Positions 19,250 through 28,359 are shown, counted from the stretch's first letter. The stretch: DNA of 39,210 bases from an uncultured Bacteroidales bacterium (GCA_964622935.1 CAZUQY010000002.1:1-39210); one strand, 5' to 3'. Translations and numbers: made by a program. Notes: generated from the letters alone by a model not told the origin.

Positions 19250-19320
19250 CTACCCCCATCTCTTCAAGAGTCAACGCATTGGCCAATGGAACCCTCGAAG
19301 GGAGTAGCTAAACTTAGCAT
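19235..19320. repeat. Copy B of the 86-nt intergenic repeat (diverged)
   Basis: CTCTTCAAGAG (19260-19270) and CCCTCGAAGGG (19292-19302) sit at the same 32-nt spacing as in copy A. The period between copies is 166 nt. Confidence 0.7.
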
Positions 19321-19553
19321 CCTATAATTTCACATTAGTCAACTCTAAAAAAGTCTCTTTATTTTTTCCTTAACCGTTTTATTTTTTTAATTTTATAAAC
19401 AACAAGCAACAAATTGATTATCAATCTACAACAAACAATTACATCTCATTTTAAACATTTGTTCATTAATTTGTAGATATCTTATTGAAAAAATTGCTTA
19501 GCTGATGATATTTTAAACTATTTTTATAATTCATTTTCAAAACAAATAATACC

Positions 19554-22500
19554 ATGCCGGACTTTACACATTTACACGTTCACTCCCAATATTCCATTCT
19601 TGATGGCGCCGCTTCTATTTCTGCCCTTATTCAAAAGGCAAAAGATTCCGGCATGAAAGCGCTTGCCTTAACTGATCATGGGACAATGCTTGGAATAAAA
19701 GAATTTCATTCGAGCTGTCTGGCAAATGACGTAAAACCAATTTTAGGTTGCGAAGCATATGTGGCAAGAAGAACAATTCACGATAAAAGTCAACCAACTG
19801 ATAAATCCGGCTACCATTTAATCGTTCTTGCTAAAAATTATACAGGATATCAAAACCTGATGAAAATGATGTCAAAAGCAAATCTTGAAGGTTTTTATTC
19901 ACGCCCAAGAATTGACAAACAAATGCTTGAAGAGCACCATGAAGGTCTGATTGTTAGCTCAGCTTGCCTTGGCGGAGAGATTCCAAAGCACATTGCAAAT
20001 GGAAATATTGAAGAAGCCGAAAATACTATCATGTGGTACAAAAAAACTTTTGGAGACGATTTCTATCTCGAAGTTATGCATCATCCAACCGATAATCCAA
20101 AATTAAAACAAGACGTATCTGACAAACAACTACTAGTTAACAAACATGTATTCGAACTTGGAAAGAAACACGATGTCAAAATAATTGCAACAAACGATAC
20201 ACATTTCATTAATAAAGATGATGCTGAGGCACATGATGTACTGATTTGTCTGACAACTAACGCTGATATTAACGAGCCAAATCGATTAAGATACACAAGA
20301 AGTGAGTGGTTAAAAACTCCTGATGAAATGGAGCAATTATTTGCTGATCATCCTGAAGTATTAGCAAACACTATGGAAATTGCCAAAAAAACCGAAACAT
20401 TTAAAATTGATAGAGACCCAATCATGCCGGAATTCCCAATTCCTGAAGAATTTGGGACCATTGATCTTTGGCGTGAGAAATTCGATGAAGAAGATTTAAT
20501 TACGGAATTTGGCGAAGAAAGATTTAATGTCTTGGGAGGATACAACCCAATAATCAGAATTAAATTTGAATCTGACTATCTTACTTTCTTAGTAAAAAAA
20601 GGCGCAATTGAAAGGTATGGTGAAAACTACTCTGATGAAATCAAAGAAAGACTTAAGTTCGAGCTTGAAACCATAAAAACAATGGGGTTTCCCGGATACT
20701 TCCTAATTGTTCAAGATTTTATTGCTGCTGCCAGAGAAATGGAAGTTCTAGTTGGAAAAGGTAGAGGTTCGGCAGCTGGATCTGTAGTTGCATATTGCAC
20801 CCGAATTACAGATGTTGACCCAATAGCTTTTGATCTTCTGTTTGAAAGATTCCTGAACCCTGACCGTATATCAATGCCTGATGTGGACATTGATTTTGAT
20901 GATGATGGTAGGGCGCTGGTAGTTGATTACGTGACTAAAAAATACGGTAACGACAAAGTTGCACATATTTGCACTATAGGAACAATGAAAGCAAAAGGAG
21001 CAATGCGTGATGTTGCTAGAATTCTTGGAGTTCCTTTAAATCAAATACATGATTTCACAAAAAAACTCCCAAACAATGGTTCTCTTTCAAATGCCTATAA
21101 GATTATAATTGAAGAGAAGAAAAAGTTAGGTAGTTATAATAAAGTCATTGAAGAAATTGATAAACAGATAAAGAAGGCCTTAAAAGACGAAAAAGATGGT
21201 CTTGCTTTAACATTAGAAACACGAAAGGTTATTGCTACCGAAATGTCAGAATGCGAAACTAGAAGTGATGAAACAATGTTAAAAACAATTGACATTGCTT
21301 GTACTCTTGAAGGGTCCGTTAGACAAACAGGAGTTCACGCATGTGGTATACTGATTGGAAGAGACAAACTTGAAAACAATATTCCACTCATGCGAACCAA
21401 AGAACAAGGCGATCTTGCTGCAACGCAATATGAGGGAAAATTTGTTGAGTCGATAGGTTTGCTAAAAATGGACTTTCTTGGATTAAAAACTCTCTCTATT
21501 ATTAAAGAAGGCTTATCAAATATAAAGTTATCCAAAGGAATCGATATCGATATTGAGTCTATTCCGCTTGATGATAAAAAAACACTTAACTTATTTAAAA
21601 CAGGTTCCACGACCTCTATTTTTCAGTTTGAATCTGAAGGAATGCGAAACCATTTAAAAACATTAAAACCAACACATTTCAACGATTTAGTTGCAATGAA
21701 TGCCCTATATCGTCCCGGACCAATGGAATACATCCCTGATTATATCAGAAGAAAACATGGCAAAGATAAGACTGTATATGATCATCCTATAATGGAAAGA
21801 TACTTGAAAGACACTTATGGAATTACTGTTTTTCAAGAACAGGTGATGCTTCAGTCCAGAGCACTCGGGAATTTTACTCGTGGCGAATCAGACTCCTTGC
21901 GTAAGGCTATGGGTAAGAAAAAAATCAAAGACATGGAAAAACTTCATGTCAAATTTGTTGATGGATGTACAAACAACCCCGAGTTTATCGAAGGATGTAC
22001 AACTCTAAATAAAGATCCTAAAGAACTGATAGAAAAGATTTGGAAAGACTGGTCTGCTTTTGCAAAATATGCATTTAACAAATCTCACTCAGTTTGTTAC
22101 GCTTATGTAGCATATCAGACAGCATATTTGAAAGCACATTTTCCGGCAGAATTTATGGCTGCGAACCTTACTCGGAACATTTCAGATATGGATAAGATTT
22201 CGATTCAAATGGCAGAATGCCGAAGAATGAAAATAAAAGTGCTAAGTCCTTATATTAACGAAAGCTACAAAGGTTTTACAGTAAACAAAGAAGGGAATAT
22301 CAGATTCGGTATGGCAGGGATTAAAAATGTAGGGTCAAATGCTGTTGAAAACATTATCGAAGAAAGAGAAAAAAATGGACCATACAAAGACATCTTCGAT
22401 TTTGTATCAAGAGTAAACCTAAATGCAGTTAACAAGAAAAACCTTGAAGCTCTTGCATTTGCAGGAGCCTTAGATTGCTTTAACGGACTTCAGCGTCCAC

Positions 22501-23315
22501 AATTTTTCGCACAATCACCAGATAGTAACGATTCATTTATTGAATCATTGATTAAATTCGGAAATAATGTTCAATCTTCAAACAATTCGGGGCTTACGTT
22601 ATTTGGCGAAATGCAAACAATGGAAATTAATAAACCTGCTATTCCAGAAATAATCGAATATGATATGCTTAAATTCCTTGATGCAGAAAAAGAGCATATT
22701 GGAATGTATGTTTCTGGGCACCCTCTTGAACCATTTAAATACATTATTTCTAATATAAACATTCGCAATCTACGAGATCTAGACGACGAGACAAATGAAC
22801 AAGTTGATAGAGAGTTCAAGATAATTGGATTTATTACAGAAGTTAGTGAAAAACTAACAAAAAACGGCAAACCTTTTGGCAAGATAACAATCATAGATTA
22901 CTCTGGGTCATTCTCATTCACACTATTTGGAAAAGATTATACAGATTATAAAAATCTTTTTGTAAAAGGATATTCTATTTTAATAGTTGGCAAATATAAA
23001 GAAGGCTATAGCGACAAAACAAAAAGATTCTTCACTGTAACAAAGGTGACACTGTTGTCTGAAATAAAAGAAAACTATTTTACAAAAATAACACTATCAT
23101 TACCTGTTGAGAATGTAACAGATGATTTTATTGGAGGAATAACTAAACTAGTTAAAAAGAACAAAGGAAAAATAAATATAAATTTTCAATTATACAGCGA
23201 CAACAACAAAACGGCTATAAACTTGTTTTCTCGAACAGAAAGGGTTAGTCTTTCGGACGATATTATTGATTTTCTAGAAAACAATGCAAGTATTATTAAG
23301 GTTAGTTTAAATTAA
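19554..23315 (+). CDS. dnaE: DNA polymerase III alpha subunit
   Basis: 1253-aa ORF. N-terminal PHP domain (FTHLHVHSQYSILDG), polymerase core and OB-fold C-terminus. Confidence 0.97.
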   Translation: MPDFTHLHVHSQYSILDGAASISALIQKAKDSGMKALALTDHGTMLGIKEFHSSCLANDVKPILGCEAYVARRTIHDKSQPTDKSGYHLIVLAKNYTGYQNLMKMMSKANLEGFYSRPRIDKQMLEEHHEGLIVSSACLGGEIPKHIANGNIEEAENTIMWYKKTFGDDFYLEVMHHPTDNPKLKQDVSDKQLLVNKHVFELGKKHDVKIIATNDTHFINKDDAEAHDVLICLTTNADINEPNRLRYTRSEWLKTPDEMEQLFADHPEVLANTMEIAKKTETFKIDRDPIMPEFPIPEEFGTIDLWREKFDEEDLITEFGEERFNVLGGYNPIIRIKFESDYLTFLVKKGAIERYGENYSDEIKERLKFELETIKTMGFPGYFLIVQDFIAAAREMEVLVGKGRGSAAGSVVAYCTRITDVDPIAFDLLFERFLNPDRISMPDVDIDFDDDGRALVVDYVTKKYGNDKVAHICTIGTMKAKGAMRDVARILGVPLNQIHDFTKKLPNNGSLSNAYKIIIEEKKKLGSYNKVIEEIDKQIKKALKDEKDGLALTLETRKVIATEMSECETRSDETMLKTIDIACTLEGSVRQTGVHACGILIGRDKLENNIPLMRTKEQGDLAATQYEGKFVESIGLLKMDFLGLKTLSIIKEGLSNIKLSKGIDIDIESIPLDDKKTLNLFKTGSTTSIFQFESEGMRNHLKTLKPTHFNDLVAMNALYRPGPMEYIPDYIRRKHGKDKTVYDHPIMERYLKDTYGITVFQEQVMLQSRALGNFTRGESDSLRKAMGKKKIKDMEKLHVKFVDGCTNNPEFIEGCTTLNKDPKELIEKIWKDWSAFAKYAFNKSHSVCYAYVAYQTAYLKAHFPAEFMAANLTRNISDMDKISIQMAECRRMKIKVLSPYINESYKGFTVNKEGNIRFGMAGIKNVGSNAVENIIEEREKNGPYKDIFDFVSRVNLNAVNKKNLEALAFAGALDCFNGLQRPQFFAQSPDSNDSFIESLIKFGNNVQSSNNSGLTLFGEMQTMEINKPAIPEIIEYDMLKFLDAEKEHIGMYVSGHPLEPFKYIISNINIRNLRDLDDETNEQVDREFKIIGFITEVSEKLTKNGKPFGKITIIDYSGSFSFTLFGKDYTDYKNLFVKGYSILIVGKYKEGYSDKTKRFFTVTKVTLLSEIKENYFTKITLSLPVENVTDDFIGGITKLVKKNKGKININFQLYSDNNKTAINLFSRTERVSLSDDIIDFLENNASIIKVSLN

Positions 23316-23358
23316 ATATTTATTTTCGTAAAAAATTATCAAAAAAAAAAATTAAATT

Positions 23359-23676
23359 ATGGCACTAGAAATTAACGAACAAAATTTTGAAGAATTAGTT
23401 TTAAAATCAGACAAACCTGTTGTTTTGGACTTTTGGGCAGTATGGTGCGGACCATGTAGAATGATTGGTCCATTGATTGAAGAAATGCACAACGAGTATG
23501 GAGACAAAGCTATTATTGGCAAAGTTGATGTTGACAGCAATAATGAAATTGCAATGAAATACGGTATCAGAAATATCCCAACTGTATTATTTTTAAAGAA
23601 TGGTGAGGTTGCGGATAAAGTTGTTGGAGCTGTACCAAAATCAACACTCACAGCTAAACTTGACAGCTTACTATAA
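23359..23676 (+). CDS. trxA: Thioredoxin
   Basis: 105-aa ORF with WCGPC active site. Confidence 0.95.
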   Translation: MALEINEQNFEELVLKSDKPVVLDFWAVWCGPCRMIGPLIEEMHNEYGDKAIIGKVDVDSNNEIAMKYGIRNIPTVLFLKNGEVADKVVGAVPKSTLTAKLDSLL

Positions 23677-23697
23677 TATTCCTAATTACTTACATAG

Positions 23698-23728
23698 AAT
23701 CCTCTCAAGAACTTATTGAAAGGATTTT
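23698..23728 (+). terminator. Possible intrinsic terminator after trxA
   Basis: AATCCTCTCAA (23698-23708) pairs with TTGAAAGGATT (23716-23726) with one C/A mismatch, followed by a T-rich run. Confidence 0.45.
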
Positions 23729-23757
23729 ATGTATACGTATATTAATAACTTTTACAA

Positions 23758-24180
23758 ATGACAATTAACAAAATTCAGAATGAAATAATTCAGGAATTTT
23801 CCATCTTTGAAGACTGGATGGATAAATATGCCTATTTGATTGAATTAGGCAATGATTTGCCAGATTTTAATGAAAATGCCAGACTTGACGAAAATCTGAT
23901 AGATGGTTGTCAATCAAAAGTATGGTTTGATGCAAATTATAAAGATAGTAAAATTAATTTTGATGCTGACAGTGATGCAATAATCACTAAAGGTATCGCT
24001 TCTTTACTAATAAGAGTGCTGTCTGGTCATTCACCTGAAGATATATTAAATTCTGATTTATTTTTTATCGAAAAAATTGGTATGCATCAACACTTGTCGC
24101 CAACAAGAAGCAACGGACTAATGTCAATGATTAAACAGCTTAAACTTTATGCAATGGCTTATAAAAGTCTAAATCAATAA
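23758..24180 (+). CDS. sufE: SufE-family cysteine desulfuration (sulfur acceptor) protein
   Basis: 140-aa ORF with conserved GCQSKVW cysteine loop. Confidence 0.88.
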   Translation: MTINKIQNEIIQEFSIFEDWMDKYAYLIELGNDLPDFNENARLDENLIDGCQSKVWFDANYKDSKINFDADSDAIITKGIASLLIRVLSGHSPEDILNSDLFFIEKIGMHQHLSPTRSNGLMSMIKQLKLYAMAYKSLNQ

Positions 24181-24183
24181 GTT

Positions 24184-24498
24184 ATGGATCAAATTACAGA
24201 AATAGAAAAAAACATAGTGACAGTACTTAAAACTGTTTTCGATCCTGAAATACCTGTCAATGTATATGATTTAGGACTAATTTACAAAATTGAAGCAAGC
24301 AACAAATTTGATGTAGACATTGATATGACACTAACATCTCCAAATTGTCCAATGGTCGATCAATTAATCGAAGATGTAAGAAACGCCGTTCAAACAGTTG
24401 AAAATGTAAGAGGTGTAAGCATTAATATTGTTTTTGAACCACCATGGTCAAAAGATATGTTAAGTGAAGAAGCAATGCTAGATCTTGGGCTCATATAA
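24184..24498 (+). CDS. sufT: DUF59/MIP18-family Fe-S assembly protein (SufT-like)
   Basis: 104-aa ORF. ...VFDPEIPVNVYDLGLIY...TLTSPNCPM... is typical of DUF59. Starts 3 nt after the sufE stop. Confidence 0.8.
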   Translation: MDQITEIEKNIVTVLKTVFDPEIPVNVYDLGLIYKIEASNKFDVDIDMTLTSPNCPMVDQLIEDVRNAVQTVENVRGVSINIVFEPPWSKDMLSEEAMLDLGLI

Positions 24499-24541
24499 TC
24501 CAAACATAAAAACTATAACATTCAAATTACTACATTTATAA

Positions 24542-24549
24542 TAACTTTG
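24542..24549 (+). promoter_or_regulatory. -7 promoter box (TAACTTTG) for the flippase gene
   Basis: Exact TAnnTTTG match, 17 nt upstream of the ATG at 24567. Confidence 0.45.
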
Positions 24550-24566
24550 CACTTTATTTAGATTTA

Positions 24567-25844
24567 ATGCTCAAAAGAATAAAGGAAATTATAGCTCCTG
24601 ATTCGGAGTTCTCAAAAAACTTTATCGTACTGTTTAAGGGGACAGTAATTGCTCAGATAATACCAATGGTATTAATGCCAGTACTTACTAGGATTTACAC
24701 CCCCGAAGACTTTGGTATCCTTGAACTTTTTCTTGCTGTCTCAACAATCTTAGGAACAATTGCAAATTTAAGGTATGAGTTATCGATAGTATTACCTGAC
24801 AAGAAAGAAGATGCATGGAACATTATGGGATTGGGGTTTATTTTAGCAAGCATTTTTTCAATAGGGACTCTTTTAATTGTTAGTCTTTTTGCCGATAATA
24901 TTGCAATCCTACTCAACAATTCAAAAATTGAATTCTGGTTGTATTTTGTACCACTAGCTGTTCTTTTGCAAGGCGTTTTCAACATGCTAAGTTATTACAA
25001 CACTCGCGAAAAACTATTTAAAAGCATTGCTCATGCAAGTGTATCAAGATCTGTTTTTAGAACTTTAACTCAAATTAGTATTGGAATAATTAAAAACTCA
25101 CCTGCAGGTTTAATAATTGGTCAGCTAGTCGGATTTGCAGCTTCAATTTTTCCACTTGCAAGAAAAATAAAGTTCAAGCTTTTTTTTAAGAAAATAAAAT
25201 GGACAAACATGAAGGCTCAGGCATACAAATATCGTGATTTTCCAAAATTCACAATGCCTTCTACATTAGCAAACAGCACAGCTGTCAATATGACAAGCAT
25301 TTTAATATCAGCTTTATACAGTATAAACAGTGTGGGGTTTTACTCTCTTGCCAACAGAATTCTTGGACTACCAAGTGCATTAATTGGAACCTCAATGTCA
25401 AATGTTTACTATAAAGAAGCCCATGATCAAAGAAAAAAATTTGGCAATGCTACAGAAGTCTTTTGGAGTACATTTAAAAAACTTGCTTTGCTTTCTATAC
25501 CACTTGTTTTAGTAATTGGCATTTTTGGAGAATGGTTATTTGCCGTAATTTTTGGTGAAGAATGGCGAATTGCTGGAACTTATGCAAGAATTCTCATACC
25601 TCTCATTGCTATCAGATTTGTAGTAGCTCCTCTATCAGTAAGCCTTTCTGTGTTTGAGAAACAGAAGATATCTTTACTCTGGCAACTTGGCCTATTAACA
25701 CTCAGTCTTATAATTTTTGGAGTAACTTGGTATTTAGATTGGGAAATCGAATCATTTTTAATTTTAATGGTTTCTGTACTGAGTTTATATTACATGTATT
25801 TTATTTATCTACTTTACAGAGTTGTCTCTGGCAAAATAAAATAA
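24567..25844 (+). CDS. Oligosaccharide/polysaccharide flippase (MOP superfamily, Wzx-like)
   Basis: 425-aa ORF with about 12 TM segments. The N-terminal region resembles Polysacc_synt family members. Confidence 0.7.
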   Translation: MLKRIKEIIAPDSEFSKNFIVLFKGTVIAQIIPMVLMPVLTRIYTPEDFGILELFLAVSTILGTIANLRYELSIVLPDKKEDAWNIMGLGFILASIFSIGTLLIVSLFADNIAILLNNSKIEFWLYFVPLAVLLQGVFNMLSYYNTREKLFKSIAHASVSRSVFRTLTQISIGIIKNSPAGLIIGQLVGFAASIFPLARKIKFKLFFKKIKWTNMKAQAYKYRDFPKFTMPSTLANSTAVNMTSILISALYSINSVGFYSLANRILGLPSALIGTSMSNVYYKEAHDQRKKFGNATEVFWSTFKKLALLSIPLVLVIGIFGEWLFAVIFGEEWRIAGTYARILIPLIAIRFVVAPLSVSLSVFEKQKISLLWQLGLLTLSLIIFGVTWYLDWEIESFLILMVSVLSLYYMYFIYLLYRVVSGKIK

Positions 25845-25875
25845 AAAAAAACCGCAATCATTACATTGCGATTTT
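25843..25875. terminator. Bidirectional intrinsic terminator between the flippase gene (+) and tig (-)
   Basis: CGCAAT (25853-25858) / 6-nt loop / ATTGCG (25865-25870). Flanked by an A9 run on the left and T4 on the right. Confidence 0.6.
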
Positions 25876-25895
25876 CCATATATATATTATATGTT

Positions 25896-27242
25896 TTATT
25901 TAAAAAGTTTGTTGAACTCTTCCATACTTACTTCTTTTTCTTCTGTTTTAATTGCCTCGGCAACAAAATCAATAACCTTCTCTTCTATTTCCTGTTCGTA
26001 CAACTTATTTGCTTCTTCTTCTTTTGAAAGCATTTCCACTGCATATTTATCAAGATATTCATCAGGAACATAAGACATCCCATATTGGCTAAATTGAGCT
26101 ATCAATTGTTGTTTAGCTGCTTCTTTCAATTGAGCTTCTTCAACCTTCAGTTCATTTTCTTTAGCAATTTTACCTTTAATCAAAGTCCATTGCAAATCCT
26201 GAATAAATCTTGGGAATTCCTGCTCAATTTGTTCATCAGTAATGTCTCTATTTGTAGCAACAATCCATCTTTTCAAAAAAGCTTCAGGTAAACTGAGATC
26301 TAATTTTTCAACTAACTTTTCACGAATGTCGATTAACATTTTATATTTTGTTTCTCTTACAAAAGATACCTTAATATCTTCAACAACACGATTATTAAAT
26401 TCCTCTTCTGTTGTTACTGCATTTTCGCCAAAACATTTATCATAAAATTCCTGATTCATTTCAGCTTTTACAAAATCCTTTACTTCTTTAACTGTTAATC
26501 TAAACTCAGGATTTAAATCGGCAACCGCTTCTTTATCGATTTTTAATAAAGATGATATTTCAGCGTCATTAGGAAATGCTTTTTTGACGTCAAAGTCAAT
26601 CACAATACCTTCGGTTATTCCAATAAAAGACTTTTTAATTTTCTCATCTTTAGTCATCTTAATTGATAAAGATGCTTCTTCTACAGTAATCCCACCTTCC
26701 AAAACATCGTTATTTTTCTTCAATTGAACTAAATCAACAGTTAACATTGATTCTTCAGTTGATTTTTTAGCACCTTCAAAACCGCCAAAACGTTGCTGAT
26801 AACTATCAACATATTTCTGAATCATTTCGTCATCAACTTTGATAACAAATTTATTGACTTTATCACGTTTTGTAAGCTTAACTTCAAACTCAGGAGCAAC
26901 CCCAACATCAAAAACAAATTCAAACTTGTCCTGTGTTCCAAAATCTATTTGTTCCTGTTCTTCACTTGGTAATGGTTCACCCAGAATATTAAGTTTTTCC
27001 GCTCCAAGATATTCCGACAAAGAATTAGAAACTACTTTATTTAACTCCTCAGCAATAATTGCATTACCATACATTTTTTTAATCAGACCAACAGGCACAT
27101 GACCAGGCCTAAAACCAGGAACATTAGCTTTACGTCTGTATTCTTTCATAGACTTCTCGACATTTTCAGCAATGTCATCTTTTGCAACTTTTACAATAAG
27201 TGTTGCATTTAATTCGTCGATTTGATTTTTAACAACTTCCAT
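25896..27242 (-). CDS. tig: Trigger factor
   Basis: The true start is the ATG at 27242 (MEVVKNQIDELNATLIVKV...; GFRPGHVP motif), giving 448 aa. The track ORF (to 27353) runs upstream through a terminator hairpin and into the tRNA-Leu gene, so that extension is an artefact. Confidence 0.93.
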   Translation of the reverse strand: MEVVKNQIDELNATLIVKVAKDDIAENVEKSMKEYRRKANVPGFRPGHVPVGLIKKMYGNAIIAEELNKVVSNSLSEYLGAEKLNILGEPLPSEEQEQIDFGTQDKFEFVFDVGVAPEFEVKLTKRDKVNKFVIKVDDEMIQKYVDSYQQRFGGFEGAKKSTEESMLTVDLVQLKKNNDVLEGGITVEEASLSIKMTKDEKIKKSFIGITEGIVIDFDVKKAFPNDAEISSLLKIDKEAVADLNPEFRLTVKEVKDFVKAEMNQEFYDKCFGENAVTTEEEFNNRVVEDIKVSFVRETKYKMLIDIREKLVEKLDLSLPEAFLKRWIVATNRDITDEQIEQEFPRFIQDLQWTLIKGKIAKENELKVEEAQLKEAAKQQLIAQFSQYGMSYVPDEYLDKYAVEMLSKEEEANKLYEQEIEEKVIDFVAEAIKTEEKEVSMEEFNKLFK

Positions 27243-27270
27243 TCGGCTGTTTTTTGTAAATATATACGTT

Positions 27271-27312
27271 AAAAAACCGCATTTATCTCGATTTTCGAAA
27301 TTTATGCGGTTT
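27271..27312 (-). terminator. Intrinsic terminator directly after tRNA-Leu
   Basis: Minus-strand AACCGCAU / 21-nt loop / AUGCGGUU (+ strand arms 27275-27282 and 27304-27311) followed by U-run (A-run 27271-27276). A near-consensus -7 box TATATTTA (27257-27264) follows, in front of tig. Confidence 0.6.
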
Positions 27313-27314
27313 AG

Positions 27315-27396
27315 TGCGGATGAAGGGACTCGAACCCCCACGCCTCGCGGCACTAGATCCTAAGTCTAGCGCGTCTACCAATTTCGCCACATCCGC
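27315..27396 (-). tRNA. tRNA-Leu (anticodon TAG)
   Basis: 82-nt type II tRNA. Acceptor GCGGATG/CATCCGC; anticodon stem CTAGA/TCTAG with loop CTTAGGA (TAG); long variable arm; T-loop TTCGAGT; discriminator A. Confidence 0.93.
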
Positions 27397-27408
27397 AAAA
27401 TGGAAGTG

Positions 27409-27416
27409 CAAAGATA
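27409..27416 (-). promoter_or_regulatory. -7 promoter box (TATCTTTG) for tRNA-Leu
   Basis: Exact TAnnTTTG match on the minus strand. There are 12 nt between the box and the mature tRNA 5' end, identical to the tRNA-Cys arrangement. Confidence 0.55.
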
Positions 27417-27456
27417 AACAAAAAAATTAATTACAAAACAAATTATGTAATTTTAT

Positions 27457-28356
27457 TTATAAATGCTGTGGATTTTGAGGCATTTCATTTTCGTCCGTAT
27501 TTCTAATTGCAAAATCAAGCATTTCAAGAATTCCATTTTTATCTTTTGATAATGTACCAGCAGGGCTAATATTATTTGAAACATGATTACTCCTAAAAAT
27601 AACTCCTTCTACCTCTAACAAGCTTATAAAGTATCGTAACTCAACAAACAATTCCTTTTTTGTTTGTTGAACATAATTACCCTTAAATCGATTAAAAAAA
27701 TGCTCTTTACCAAAAGGAAAGCTTAATGTTAAAACAGATAGATATTTTGGATTAATTGCATTTATGATTCTAGCAGAATTTTCTGCATGTTGCTTACTAT
27801 ATAGCTTTCCCCCTAGACCTGAGATAATCATCACAGAAGTATCTATCCCTGCATCATAAGCCATTTTTAATCCTAGAACAGTAGAATCATAGGTTTCTCC
27901 CTTTTTTATTAGTTTTAATAATTCATCATCACCTGTCTCAATCCCGACATACAACAATTTTAGCCCTAGACTTCGTAATTTAATTAAATCATCATGGGAT
28001 TTTGATAGGATGTTTCTTGGCAATGCATATGATGAAACACGTTGAAGTTTTGTGTTACGATTTAAAGCTTCTGAATTTATTTCCTGTATAACTTCCAATA
28101 AGTAATTAGTTGGTAAAGTCATTGCGTCTCCGTCAGCAAGGAAAAATCGCCTAATTTTAGGATAATAAGCAAACAAATGCTTGATATCTTGTTTTATTAA
28201 AGGTAATTCTCTAACAGTAAATTTTTTAGTAGTATACATCTCACAGAATGCACACTTATTCCAAGAACATCCTAAACTAACCTGCAAAATAGCTGAAGAT
28301 GCTTCTGCAGGAGGTCTAAATATTGGTTCGTCGTAATCAACCGGATTAAAGAACAT
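27457..28356 (-). CDS. Radical SAM domain protein (function unknown; Cx4Cx2C cluster motif)
   Basis: About 299 aa. The segment LQVSLGCSWNKCAFCEMY was verified from the DNA, and a GDAM segment follows. The ATG at 28356 is 3 nt after the stop of the upstream OmpA-like gene. The track start at 28359 is a TTG. Confidence 0.75.
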   Translation of the reverse strand: MFFNPVDYDEPIFRPPAEASSAILQVSLGCSWNKCAFCEMYTTKKFTVRELPLIKQDIKHLFAYYPKIRRFFLADGDAMTLPTNYLLEVIQEINSEALNRNTKLQRVSSYALPRNILSKSHDDLIKLRSLGLKLLYVGIETGDDELLKLIKKGETYDSTVLGLKMAYDAGIDTSVMIISGLGGKLYSKQHAENSARIINAINPKYLSVLTLSFPFGKEHFFNRFKGNYVQQTKKELFVELRYFISLLEVEGVIFRSNHVSNNISPAGTLSKDKNGILEMLDFAIRNTDENEMPQNPQHL

Positions 28357-28359
28357 CAA

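Noticed and set aside
19330-19553. Possible replication-origin or DnaA-box cluster, or an inverton, in the AT-rich part of the pheS/dnaE spacer. It includes TTATCAATC and an 8-bp inverted repeat ATCTACAA/TTGTAGAT about 40 nt apart.
   Set aside because: There is no good DnaA-box consensus (TTATCCACA), no box cluster and no dnaA or dnaN context. The inverted repeat is short, and no invertase gene or promoter box lies between the arms.
23352-23651. 99-aa ORF antisense to trxA. Similar antisense ORFs occur inside other genes: glyQS (3142-3471, 3518-3748), the UPF0104 gene (9855-10241), dnaE (20081-20296, 20348-20545, 21335-21610, 22571-22894), tig (25891-27102), dxs and the 891-aa gene.
   Set aside because: All are fully embedded in well-supported conserved genes on the opposite strand. 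Their products are low-complexity and none has its own promoter box. They are treated as frame artefacts.
27243-27353. N-terminal 37-codon extension of the tig ORF in the six-frame track (MPRGVGVRVPSSALNRINFENRDKCGFLTYIFTKNSR).
   Set aside because: The extension reads antisense-free through a terminator hairpin and into the tRNA-Leu gene body. The conserved trigger-factor N-terminus begins at the ATG at 27242.
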